Shown here: positions 25,028 through 35,964 of the stretch, one piece after another
Layout: each line of letters begins with the position of its first letter
How positions within the stretch are numbered: position 1 is the first letter of the stretch
NCBI RefSeq assembly: GCF_000143415.4
Contig: NW_003314278.1
Location: 2,252,408-2,316,407 of the forward strand
From: Selaginella moellendorffii
Taxonomy: Eukaryota; Plantae; Lycopodiophyta
Direction: 5' to 3'
Length of the DNA: 64,000 nucleotides
The notes under the pieces: generated by a model
Told to the model about the DNA's origin: nothing
What the model saw: the letters and a program-made list of their open reading frames with translations, nothing else
Database searches by the model: none
Translations under genes and position numbers: made by a program

Positions 25028-25538
25028 TTTCTCCTCCCCTAAGTTAAATTTGTTCCTTGGAGAGCGACGCACACCTCTAAGCAGTCGCTACCAAAAAGAC
25101 GTGAAAGTCTCACCTGATGTCATTACGCACCAAAGCGATCGGCCAATTCCTACCTGAGGAAGGGGAGAGACAAAGGGAAAAGGAAAAGGGAGAAGGGAGG
25201 TGTGAGAAAGAGCTTCCGCAATGGAGTCATTCTTCCTACCAGCGATCATCCCATCGCCGCCGCGATCCCTTCCTTCTTTCCCACTTCAATAATCCGCGCG
25301 CTGCACAGCATTCCTGGACTCGCAGCCCCCGGCGGCGTGAAAATTTCAAGAAGGAAGGCGCCGATTCTCCAAAGATTTACCTCGTCTGATCAAGCGCTGG
25401 CGCGCTCCAGCTGCGCAGCGAATCGCTCCGCTCTCTCTGGCAACGAGCGCATTGTAGCACACTTGGTTGCGTGCCCTCATTGTAGCGCGGCTTTAAACTT
25501 TTAGAGCTCGGAAGGCCGCACGTCCACGCGCCGGCAGA

Positions 25539-25548
25539 ATGTCGACAC
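25539..25548. promoter_or_regulatory. Zinc Deficiency Response Element (ZDRE)
   Basis: ATGTCGACAC matches RTGTCGACAY exactly, ~510 bp upstream of the ZIP ATG. Confidence 0.8.
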
Positions 25549-25827
25549 TCTCTCTTTTTATTTTTGGCTTGTACGGAATCACACTTATCCACTACTAATC
25601 TAACCCTCTCACCATACACAGTAGCAGCCTTGGAAGCTTTCGATCGCGGATTGGATTGTTCGCATCATCCTGTATGGAAAAAGGAGGAGCAAAACAAACA
25701 ACTTAGCTCAGCCATGCGTTTGGAATCGATCGTACCTCGAAAGAAGGCCAAAGTTTTTGGAGGATGGATGGTACTACGAGCCTGTTCTTTCAGTGCCGAC
25801 CCGTGATCGCAGGAAGAAGGAGATCAC

Positions 25828-27537
25828 TCACTCGTGATGGCAGTCCTCGACGCTGAAGTCCTCGTACAGGAGCACTCCCTCTGACGAGTAGTGGAGGGAA
25901 TAGTAGCAGCTGTCGCAGAAGAAGCAAGGATTTGACGGGGCGAGCTTGTCGTCGCGGACGATCTTCCTGGCCCGGTACACGGAGCAAATGCTGCACTTGC
26001 GGTAGCGGAGGCGAGGGAGGAATCTGAGCACCGGATAAGTTGACGGACTCCGAGTATCGTCTTCATGGATCAATCTCATGTCTCGAATCACGAACACATG
26101 CTTGCAATCGCCCTGTGAAGACAGACGTCCATTAAGTGAGGTGAAAGAAGAAAGAAAGTACTTGCCTGATGGCAGTAGAGGTACTTGGACCCCAGCTTAA
26201 AGTTGAGATCGCGAAAGTGCGTTTCTTCCATGCTCGCCTTTTTAAAAGAGGGAAGCTTTGAAAGCTTGCTCCTCGAGCGTCTCGTCTGTCGAGTATCGTC
26301 TTGTTCCGCTATCCAGCTGATTATGTTTTCACTGTAATCGACGGCGTCAGGGTGTCGCATGTCATTGTAGAATACATCCTGTGCAGCAATGTCAGCTTGA
26401 CAGACACCAAAAAAGAGTTTTAAACCATCGAACCTCTATAAGTAAGTATCCCGACGGAGATGCCACCCCCTTTTTTCTCGCCAGCTCGTCCGTCAGACAA
26501 TGGAGTTGATCCCTGAATTCACAAAGCGACTGTCTACCAAGAACAACCAGCTCTTGAATCTGTATTTTTCTCCGATGTTAGAACGACCAGAAAAGAGAGA
26601 TGGCGACATACCTTCAAATTTGTCCCATTGTGGAAATCTATCGAGATTAAAACTTCAGCGCCAGGGGCTATTTCGTTGCCCTCAGTCAAAGATAACGGCG
26701 AGGTTGGCTGCAGGAAAAGCGTAAGTACTTCGTTTACGTTTTGAAACTCGAATTTACCTCTTCTATCAGTGAAGTCACAAACCTCAATGGACCAGCAGTT
26801 CGAAGCCTTCTGCCGAAGCGTCTGGTATCACCTTGCGCTTGAGTTTCAGTCACACTGGAGAGAAAGAAGAAAGAGCAATCAGGACTTGCGCTGGAACACT
26901 CAGAGAAATACTACCGGAGCGAATGCAGGGTGGCAGCCGCATTTGCCTTCGCTGTGTTTCGCTCCTCGATCAGCCTGTGAAGCATGCTTTCGACTTGAGG
27001 ATCCTGAATTCATACCAAAGCATGAGAATACAAAAGAGAAGAAAACGAAAACGGTTACCGTTTGCAAGGTCGCTCTAGAGGGTCCATCACAAGGTCTCCC
27101 AGTTCTTGCACCTCTTCGTCTCCCCTCCGATTGTGCAAGTATACTGGCGTGGTTCGTGAGACAGATTTCTCGCTACGAAAAGGGGTGTAAAGGGGGAAGA
27201 AATCAAAAGAATGACTTACCGTAGACGTGTTCTCAACAGCTATGTTGATGAGATCGTCGGGGCTAAGAAACTTGAGATCGTCCACCCTTCAGGAAAACAA
27301 AACACTCTGAGCACACGAGATTTCTTTCATCCTACCTTATTTGTTCATCCATTTCCATGCATTCGTCGCCAATCTCTGCTTCCAAAGCCTGGTAAGCGCC
27401 AGTCATGAGAAAAAAAAAAAATTAACACAAAGCGATCGCACCTCGAGCAGCGCTTTGCACGAGCTATGGTACTCGGCCACTGAGACCAGCGGCGATTCGT
27501 AGCCTAAGACGTCGAGAGGGCCTCCGCGGGCACCCAT
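25828..27537 (-). CDS. SRD2: snRNA-activating protein complex subunit 3 (SNAP50/SRD2)
   Basis: MGARGGP..., YLYCHQ|GDCKHVFVIRDMRL, CSICSVYRA...PCFFCDSCYYSLHY zinc finger. Contains a GC-AG intron (donor near 26165). Confidence 0.9.
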
Positions 27538-27596
27538 TGCTCGCCAAAACCCTAATCACTGACTCAAGAACCCTAAAAACAGAGAAATGCTCTTTT

Positions 27597-28718
27597 TCAT
27601 TTATTTATTGGCTGCCTTTGATTTTGGTTTCCATTTTCTATGTCGGTTTGGGCTTGATTCGGGACGCCAAGCTCTTCCTCAGTGATCAAGCCGCGTTCCT
27701 GATCTATCGGGAATTGCTGCCTGTAGCACAACGCTCCAACGACCAAACCTGTGAAAGAGCCACGGCCGTGAGAAACTCTCGCAAAATGGAACATAGAATG
27801 GTACCAATGACTGCTCCAGCAACGACATCACTCCAGTGGTGCCAGTAGTCATTCATAATCGAAATGGCAACCAAGGTGGCTCCAACGAGAGGAAGCGCGG
27901 CGATCACAAACTTGATAATGCGACCCCTATGACCAGCAAACTTGATTCTACCTGCGAGGTACCATGACAAGTATCCCAACCCCGCGAAAGACCCTGTGAA
28001 GAACAAATGATCGTTTTAAGCTCCCTTGCGACGTAGAGAAAAGAAAAAGGAAAACTTACAGGAAGCGTGACCACTTGGGAAGCTCTTGTAGCCTTGACGA
28101 ACTTCGCCTGCCGAGCCAGTGCAAGCGACGTCTCCAGAGATTGGCTTGAAATGCTAGAAGCAAGAACCAACAAGGATTTACCTCGAGACTCTAGAAATTC
28201 CAGGAAACAATACCGGAACGCCGTCTGGAAAGCATCTCCAGAAGAAGTCTGGCCGGGGTCGGCCCGTCAAGTTCTTCAAGGAATCGGTGATCACGGAGGT
28301 GATGATAACCGTGAAGAACAAGCCTGGATCGATAGGAGAGAGATATGAGAACTTAGAAGCCAGAAAAAGTTCTTACCAAGAATCGCATGATGCAAATCAC
28401 GGGTGTTCCTCTTGAAGAAATAGTAGCCAAGAATGAATAGAAGAGGAATCGCGAACGATATCACCTGATCAGAATGGAACTTAGCGAGAAAGCAAGTAAA
28501 GATCCCTCTTTTCTTACCACAAGCGCCGCGATTGGGACCGTGAAGCTCTTCACCGGGAACCTGAGATCATTGATCATGTACTCGTTCATGTACCTCCTGA
28601 AGGGATGGATCACTTTGAGCAAAAGCAACTCGAAGATGGCCAGAGCAATGAGAATCGCCCAGTCGTGAGCATGGTGTCTCAACAAGCAATGCCTCCATCT
28701 CAGGGTGCGATCGCTCAT
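27597..28718 (-). CDS. Lipid phosphate phosphatase (PAP2 family)
   Basis: HAHDW, DLHHAILG, C1 KNLTGRPRPDFFWRCFPDG, C2 KSFPSGH, C3 SIMNDYWHHWSDV. Confidence 0.9.
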
Positions 28719-29085
28719 TGCGCTTCCTGGTCACAGCAGTTAGCAAAAAGCACCACTTTTGAGCAAGGGCTCCTCACCTGTTATCGCGTTTTTGCTATGC
28801 AATCCCTTCCTCTCACGAAACTCTTGTTGCCACGATCGAGGCCCAAGCTCACCACCGTGTGTAGATCTTTCCCGTTGAAGCTCCGTGATCACCGCTTGCA
28901 AGAGAGTAACGCCATCTGTCCATCAAACTAAGCACGACACCTGTAGAAATAGAAAAATACCTCGAGATTCCTTTGTCCGAATGGCAATCAAGGTATATTC
29001 GACAGGACGAATCCAGTCTGCGAATCACTGTCAAAAGTTCCACGCACCAAGTTAAAAAAAAAATGGAGCTTTTGCTATATGTACC

Positions 29086-31047
29086 TCATAGTTCTTCTGG
29101 CTCCTTGGACTCCCCAGCGTATATGTTTGAGACGAGGACGTATGGAACACCGCTCTCTGGTTGCAACTCGGACATTTTCGTCCCGGCTCGCGAGCCGATC
29201 TCCAGATTTCCATGAACCCGGCACGAGTTTAAGAGCGTCGTCCACACCACGGCGTCAGCTTTGAACGGCATTTTCTCGATCAGTTCCGCGGCCTCCTCGA
29301 GCATGCCAGCTCTCCCAAGAGCATCGACGACGCAGCAGTAGTGATCCAGCGAAGGATCCAATCCAAAGTCGCCGGACATGGACACGAAGTATTGGGTCCC
29401 GCGATCGACGAGGCCGATATGGATGCACGCCGTCAGAGCACCAACAAAGCTGCTACCAGTCGGCGTCACCCCCTCCAAGAACATGAGCTCCACAAGTCCG
29501 AGAGCCTCGCGAGCGTGGCCGTTCTCGGCGTAGCGCTGGATCATCGAGTTCCAGAAGACAACGTCGCGGTGCGGGATGGACTCAAACATCTCCCTCGCCA
29601 CCTCCAGCCTCGCGTTTTGAGCGTAGAGCATCAGCACGCAGCTGCACGAGAGAAGGCTCCACTGCGGCATCCTGTCGAAGAACTCTTTTGCTCCCTGGAT
29701 GCTACCATTCTGAGCGTGGCCGGCGATCATCACCGCCCACGAGACCACGTCCCTGTGAGGCATACCATCGAACAATCCCCGGGCTTCCACCAAAAGATCC
29801 TTTTGAGCGTAGGCCGAGACGATGGTGTTCCATGACACCATGCTCCACTGCGGCATTCTCTGGAAGGTTGTTCCAGCTTGCTCCAGATCGTTGCCTTGTG
29901 ATGCATACGCCTGGATCATCGAGTTCCACGACACGACATCCTTGTGAGGCGTATCATCAAAGATTTCCTTTGTGGAATCCAGGTCTCCAGCTCCTGCAAA
30001 TGCCTGCGAGATCGCGTTCCACGATATGGTGTTCCGCTCAGGCATACTGGCAAACAAATCCCTTGCGTCCTCCAAGTGCCCACTCTCGGCATATGCTGAT
30101 ATCAAGCAGTTCCAGCAGATCACACTCCACTCCGGCGTTCGATCGAACACTTCCTTCGTTTCTCTCACAAGTCCAGCTTGTGCATAGCTCGCGAGTACAT
30201 CCGTCCACGAGATAACATCTCTTTGCGGCATCAAATCAAACAAGAGCTTCGACTGGGAGTAATGCCCGTTCTCGGCATATGCGTGAATCATCGCGTTCCA
30301 GGCCACAAGATCCCAGTGGGGCATTTTCTGGAAGATCCGGGCAGCCTCGATCGTATGCCCATTCTCCGCGCAAGCCCCCAGCATCGCCGTCCACGACACC
30401 ACATTCCTCTGGAGCATCCCCTGGAAGAAGAACCGGCTGGCCTCGGCGGAACTGCGCGTGTAGGCCTTGGCCATGGCGTTCCAGCACGCCACGTCCCGCT
30501 CGGAAGCGCTGATCCCATCGAAGATCATCCGCGCCTCCCCGACGCGCCCGCTGTGCCCATACGCCGCGATCATGATCGTCGCGGAGAAGATGTTGGGGCG
30601 ATCGATGTCGTCGTAGACCATCCGTGCCTCCTCCACGCTGCCGCATTTGCCATACATCTCCACCAGGAGATTCGCCAGGAAGCGATTGCCGTGCCAGGCG
30701 CTGCCCAGGATCCGGGCGTGGATCGATCGCCCGCGCAGCAGATCCCTGGCGCCGCCGCACTCGCGGACGATCCGCGCGAGCGCATCGACGCTGCTCTCCT
30801 CGCTAGGGCAGAGCCGCATATTCCACGAATCTTCGAATTTATTTGAAAGCATTTGGGGGCAAAGTTCTCGCAGTCCGTACAGCAACTTACACTGGAAATT
30901 TCGCGGGTATAAAAAGGGATTCCAATGAGCTAAGTGCGCGTACGTCAGTGCTGGGATTGAATGCAATGGATTGGCCAACACATTGTCGTGAGTGTCCGGA
31001 AAAGAGAAAGAGCGCACCACGCAATTTGTGATCGCCCCAAATTCCAT
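29086..31047 (-). CDS. PLS-class PPR protein (SS array plus E domain, no DYW); real start probably the ATG at 30819
   Basis: LLVEMYGKCGSVEEAR, repeated VVSWxxM motifs, HYCCVVDALGRAG, WTTLLNSC, PYVLVSNIY. Confidence 0.92.
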   Translation of the reverse strand: MEFGAITNCVVRSFSFPDTHDNVLANPLHSIPALTYAHLAHWNPFLYPRNFQCKLLYGLRELCPQMLSNKFEDSWNMRLCPSEESSVDALARIVRECGGARDLLRGRSIHARILGSAWHGNRFLANLLVEMYGKCGSVEEARMVYDDIDRPNIFSATIMIAAYGHSGRVGEARMIFDGISASERDVACWNAMAKAYTRSSAEASRFFFQGMLQRNVVSWTAMLGACAENGHTIEAARIFQKMPHWDLVAWNAMIHAYAENGHYSQSKLLFDLMPQRDVISWTDVLASYAQAGLVRETKEVFDRTPEWSVICWNCLISAYAESGHLEDARDLFASMPERNTISWNAISQAFAGAGDLDSTKEIFDDTPHKDVVSWNSMIQAYASQGNDLEQAGTTFQRMPQWSMVSWNTIVSAYAQKDLLVEARGLFDGMPHRDVVSWAVMIAGHAQNGSIQGAKEFFDRMPQWSLLSCSCVLMLYAQNARLEVAREMFESIPHRDVVFWNSMIQRYAENGHAREALGLVELMFLEGVTPTGSSFVGALTACIHIGLVDRGTQYFVSMSGDFGLDPSLDHYCCVVDALGRAGMLEEAAELIEKMPFKADAVVWTTLLNSCRVHGNLEIGSRAGTKMSELQPESGVPYVLVSNIYAGESKEPEEL

Positions 31048-31170
31048 GTCAATCCCTTCGACTCTATGTTGGTGTGCATACGGACGATACGGAAAAGAAG
31101 AAGCAAAAAACTATGGAAGCCTTGTAGTGCCATGAGCATCGCAAATTGCTCGCTTTGCCCTCTCAGTGAC

Positions 31171-31564
31171 GTACGTAGTCCGGCCATGTGCCCCATTGCG
31201 AGATTTCTTAACAAGAATTTATAGTTTCCCAGTGTTATCCGTACACAGGGCGCTGGATGGATGGAACCCTAATCTCGGAACAACGCAAAAGCAAAGTGGA
31301 AATGGCCAAGTGTCGCATTTATGCCATGGCCGTGTCGCATGTGACAGCCGTACGAAACGGCACCTCTCGGGCCTGGCCCAAAACCCAGCCCCACGGGAAC
31401 CAGTCCGTACCGGCCCCCCAATTGTACGGCGCACGCGGACATGAGGCTTGCACCGGCCGTACAAGACCCACCGACCCTCCCTGCGGTGTTCGTACAGCAT
31501 TTAAAAGGGTGCGGCCGTACAGAATACGGAAGTGGCCACGTTAGGGTTGAGCGGGAGCGTACGG
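31171..31564. promoter_or_regulatory. Cluster of SBP-binding GTAC/CCGTAC sites upstream of the SPL gene
   Basis: CCGTAC on either strand at 31239, 31348, 31405, 31424, 31457, 31515 and 31559, plus GTAC at 31171 and 31492. Confidence 0.7.
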
Positions 31565-31901
31565 ACGGGCGCTCACCACATAGAGCCTGTTTGTTTGTTT
31601 TGGTATATTGGTATTTTATTCTCCCTCTCTCTCTCTCGCGCTGGTTGTGCCCTTCCTCTCTCTCTCTCTCTGTTCTTCCCAGGCTAGGGCTACCAGGAGA
31701 ATCCTTCCTCTCGCCAATTCCTTCGATCGCTGAGATTAGGGTTCTTCGCTTCTTCCTCTTTGTCCGTCTCGCCAAGAAAACCACGCCAATTTCTTCTCCC
31801 TCTCCTTTTCTCTTTTTAGGTCGCGAGCGCCTCGGCTTCCTCATGGCTTGATTGATTGGCAGATTGATTGATCCCGCGGCGCGCGCGCGCTCCACAGCAG
31901 G

Positions 31902-34106
31902 ATGATGGGTCAGCAGCCGCAGCAAATGGTGGGGATTCACCACCATCACCACCTCCACCACCACGAATCCGAGCAGCAGCCGATTGTCGTGGACCAGCAG
32001 CACAAGCAGCACCACCACCATCACCACCAACACCACCACCACCACCAGCAGCTCATGGAGGAGGAATCCGGCCAGGCAGGAGGAGGAGGAGGAGGAGAGG
32101 GCCTCCCGGAAGACGAGGAAGACGTGGAGGAGGACCCCGAGGACGACGATCCCGCCGAGCTCGCCGCGGCAGTGCCATCCTCGGGCGCCATCGGCGAGGG
32201 GATGGCTCCCGGCAATGCCGACGCCGCCAGTCTTGTCCCGGTTCTGGGAGTGGATTCCTCGCGGAGGCAGCACCAGCGACCAAGAGGAGGAGGAGGTAGC
32301 GGTGGTGGTGGTGGAGGAGGAGGAATCTCGAGTTCTTCGTCGGGGTCTGGCGGAGCTGCTACAGCGGTGGTGGTGGCCGCCGCCGCCGCCGCGGCGGGGC
32401 TCGTTCTTCCAGTTCCTTGCTGCCGAGTGGATGGTTGTGGCGAGGATCTGTCCACTGCCGGGGATTACCACCGGCGGCACAAGGTTTGCAAGCTGCATGC
32501 TACGTTGCCCAAGGTCATGAATCACGGCCAGGAGCAAAGATTCTGCCAACAATGCAGCAGGTTGGATCTCTCCTCCATATTTTCTCTCTCTTGCGTTTCA
32601 TTTCTTCGTTGTTCTTCTTTCCAATCTTTGATAGCGAGAGTGGAATGATTTTTTTTGGCGTGTGTTTCTTTGCATGCTTCTGCTTGCTTGATCCAGTGAT
32701 CACTGACAGAAAGATTTTTCTCTCGGTTGAGTTGGCTGATTTTTTTTCTGGTGGCTACTTTCAGATTTCATTCCTTGTCGGAGTTTGACGAAGGCAAGCG
32801 GAGCTGCCGGAAGCGCCTGGCGGGGCACAACGAGCGGAGGCGGAGGCACCAACCGGATTCGCTCGCCACAACTTCCAGTGAAAGTCCTCCATTAACTCAG
32901 GGTACGCTTTCTCCGCTCTCTTGCATGTTCATGAGTTCAAGTCTCTTCTCTCTCTTTTTTTTTTTTCTCTTCTGCGTGTACGGAAGTTCCTTTTTTTGTG
33001 ATCGATATAAGTTTTTGGTTCTTCCCTTTTCCTCATCTATTTTTGGTTTTCAGGCCGGGAGAGCAATAAAAAGCCGCGAGAGTGGAAAGGGCGTGGAAGG
33101 GGAGGGAGGAGAGGAAGAAGTGGGCTATCCTTCTCCGCACGGGGACCCGGAGACGACCCCAGCAGCCCCCTCGTCTTGCGAGACGAAATCCAGAGTATGT
33201 CCTCTAAGCGAAGAGCGGTGAAGTCAGGTGAAGAGTCATTCTCCATCATTTTCAATGATGCATTCCCAGAGCGTGACAGTGTCAAGGGTAAAATGAGCCT
33301 TCGAGTAGCAGACATGATGGAGAAGAGAGTTGCCGGAGAGTATAAGGAGATTGACGAGCTTGATATTGATATAGCAGACATGGAGCAAGTCAAGGAGGGG
33401 CTCGACCTGGGTGAAGGCGTCGTCATACCTCCGCTGCCGCTCAAAAGGGACGGGAAGCTGTCGGTGCTCAAAGGCTGGCCACCCCAGGAAGGCGCTGTGC
33501 TCAACCCGGACGAGATGCAAATCGAGACGAGCCTGACACCAAAAGACGAGCTTGAGAACAAGCGAGCATGGCAGAGAGGTACGCTCTTTTTTCTTCGATG
33601 TTGTTCTAAACCGCCAACTCGTTCGTTGCACAGATGACAAAGAGACGCTGCTCCACTGCTTCTGGGAGTGCTCCAAAGTCCAGCCGGTGTGGAGATGGGC
33701 CGCGAGGCAGCTGAGCAAGCTCCGGGGCAGCAAGGTGAAGCTGGAGCTCCGGCAGGCGGTGTTCGGCGGGAAGCTGGATAGCTGGGCCTCGCAGGAGAAC
33801 GTTTCGGTGTGGAAGCTCTTGCGGGGGATAATCCTCTGGCAGATATGGTTGGCGAGGAAGGGGAAGGCCTTGTCCGGGATCCAGTGGACTTCGAACAAGG
33901 TGATCCGGGCGGCGTGGGTGGACCTGATGATGTACGCCATGCAGGATTGGTTGGAAGTTTACAAGAAGAAGGAGACCGGCAAGATGGAAGACGCTCACGA
34001 GCTGCGCGGCAAGTTCGATTCCAAGTGGCTGGTGAACCAGTTTGCTGGGAAACGGGCCGAGTGGAGCATGGTTTGGAAGGATCCCGACGACGTTTTGCTC
34101 GATTGA
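31902..34106 (+). CDS. SBP-box (SPL) transcription factor, ~597 aa, last exon LINE zf-RVT-like
   Basis: SBP domain [11 protein letters not shown]...YHRRHKVC...RFCQQCSR|[26 protein letters not shown]. Exons 31902-32560, 32765-32901, 33054-33578 and 33634-34106 join in frame (1794 nt) through GT-AG introns. Confidence 0.85.
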
Positions 34107-34519
34107 CAGGGACGCTCGCTGGTGTCACTGCAAGAACAGTAATAGAGAAGCAAGAACCGATTAAAATCTCACCAGGAACTTACAGCGTCAGCAGCTTTGG
34201 CCTATTAATCTGGACGAGAAAGGACTGAAGCAGCTCCTCGTCTGCTTCGCTCTTTATAACACTTTGTACACACGACGGACAACGATTGTTATACTTACAA
34301 AAGGCTTTTAAGATGGTGGTGGTGGTGATGGAACGATCAAAGTCGACAGCTAGCTGGTAGAAAATAATCTCCTTTTCTTCTTCTTCCTTTCTTCTTTTCA
34401 TTTGATGGTCTGGTCTGAAAGAACGTTTAATCCCTTGTACGAGGGCTGTAACCATAGCCATAGTTACAGTTGAAGTGATTGATCCTAAAAATACGGCCTG
34501 GGATATAGCAAACTTTAGC

Positions 34520-35120
34520 TTCGTCCACTGGAGTTCGCTGCTTTTAGGGAACAACCAACAAGTTCACCATGGACGGAGCCGGATCAAGCAAGCGGTGGAG
34601 GACTGCTTTGATGGGTGCCGGGCGTAGTCGACTGGGCCTGCTGCTCCATGACATCCAGTGGAGTTTGAAAGCGAGTTCTTAAACCTTAGTCTCCGATAAA
34701 CCCAAGAGCGCCAGCGCCTCTTGGCAGCTCTTGTAGCTGCGAGATCATCACGTTCCTGGACACCACGCTCCAGCAGTGCGGCAAAGCGGGCGCTCTGGCC
34801 GAGGCCTGGATCCTCTACCTCGGCCTCGAGGCCGAGAAGCTCGTCGCCAACTTCCTCATCCTCATGTACGGCAAGTGCTAGAGCATCGACCACCTATTCG
34901 AGCGGATGGAACGACTACTCGTACAGCATCATGCTCCAGGCATTTGCCGAATGCGAGAAAATGCTCTTGCGCACCAGTCACCCGACGACGGTCAGGCTGA
35001 TGGAGTCGGGTCCGAGTTGGAAGGCCCGGAAGCTTGCCCATTCTACGGCCTCTTCGCGAAGCTCGCTCGCTCGCTCTTCGACGAGCGCAACGTGGACCAC
35101 CATGGTCGCGGCGTATGCCC
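34520..35120 (+). pseudogene. Deleted and decayed copy of the 5' part of the PPR at 36955
   Basis: Blocks such as ctccagcagtgcggcaa, gtcgccaacttcctcatcctcatgtacggcaagtgc and aacgactactcgtacagcatcatgctccaggcatttgccga match 37080-37400 and 37800-37890. Confidence 0.85.
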
Positions 35121-35139
35121 CATCTTCGTGTCCTACGCT

Positions 35140-35267
35140 AGGCTGCACCACAGTCATGACGTACACGCGCTCGCTCTCGGCCTCCTCCGCTCCCCCGCTC
35201 TGCTCGAACCGGCGAAGCGAGCGGCAGTGAAGCAGCATGCTGCGACAGTCTCGAGCATCATGGCTCG
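35140..35267 (-). pseudogene. Inverted fragment of AOX exon 3
   Basis: Reverse complement reads [39 protein letters not shown] and matches 39820-39995 with deletions. Confidence 0.85.
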
Positions 35268-35351
35268 AGTTTACTGTAGTGAACCTTTTTTTGTTTTCCA
35301 CTCTAGAATAACTCCTGGCTATTGGACTCAAGCACTCCAAACCCTTGGTCA

Positions 35352-35948
35352 TCACACCTGAATAACATCACGATCTGGATAGTTCACGAACAAATCGTAC
35401 TCCTCCGGCGGGATCATCCTGGTGTCGACTCCAGCCTTGAGCACCTTGAGATTGTTCTCAGCGTCGGTGCGAGCTTCCATCAGCATTCCGCGGATGGTCG
35501 GCCCGATCACGTCGCGAACCTCGTACGAAATGTTGAAATTGAAGGCGGTATCGCACACGTCCTTGCGCACCTCCTCGCCATAGTCAAGCCGCTCCCACCT
35601 GTAAAAGGTGACGCGAAACCCCCTGGACAGGAGCACGCCGAAGAGGAGGTAAGGCCCATCGTTCTTGTCCATCTCCCTGTCCAGGCACTCGTACATGTCA
35701 TAAGGGGTGCGGCCACAGAGGAAAATGACATCGCCATCCCGCTTGCCCTCGAGCTCGCCACTGCGCAGTGATCAGGAGGACTATGGAAGTTCTTCTTACC
35801 TGTAGACAATCACTCTTGATACATAGCCAGTCAGGAAGCCCACGGGATCTTTCCAGTAATCAGGAAGACCCAGTTCCTTGATCTTCCAGCTCTTGTCGCC
35901 CAGCACATTATCCGGAGTTACCAGATCCCTGAGACTCACGAACCCCAT
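35352..35948 (-). CDS. Orphan 2-exon gene (~185 aa) with a 39-nt intron
   Basis: ATG 35948 MGFVSLRDLV...RVIVY S(AG|T) GELEGK...MYECLD...DRDVIQV*. The GT-AG intron 35761-35799 removes an in-frame stop and the phases match. Confidence 0.55.
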
Positions 35949-35964
35949 CCCCAGCCCTAGAATG

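Noticed and set aside
31269-34128. Long antisense ORFs over the SPL gene (and similar ones over the PPR, F-box and PSI genes)
   Set aside because: Shadow ORFs caused by high GC3 in the sense genes.
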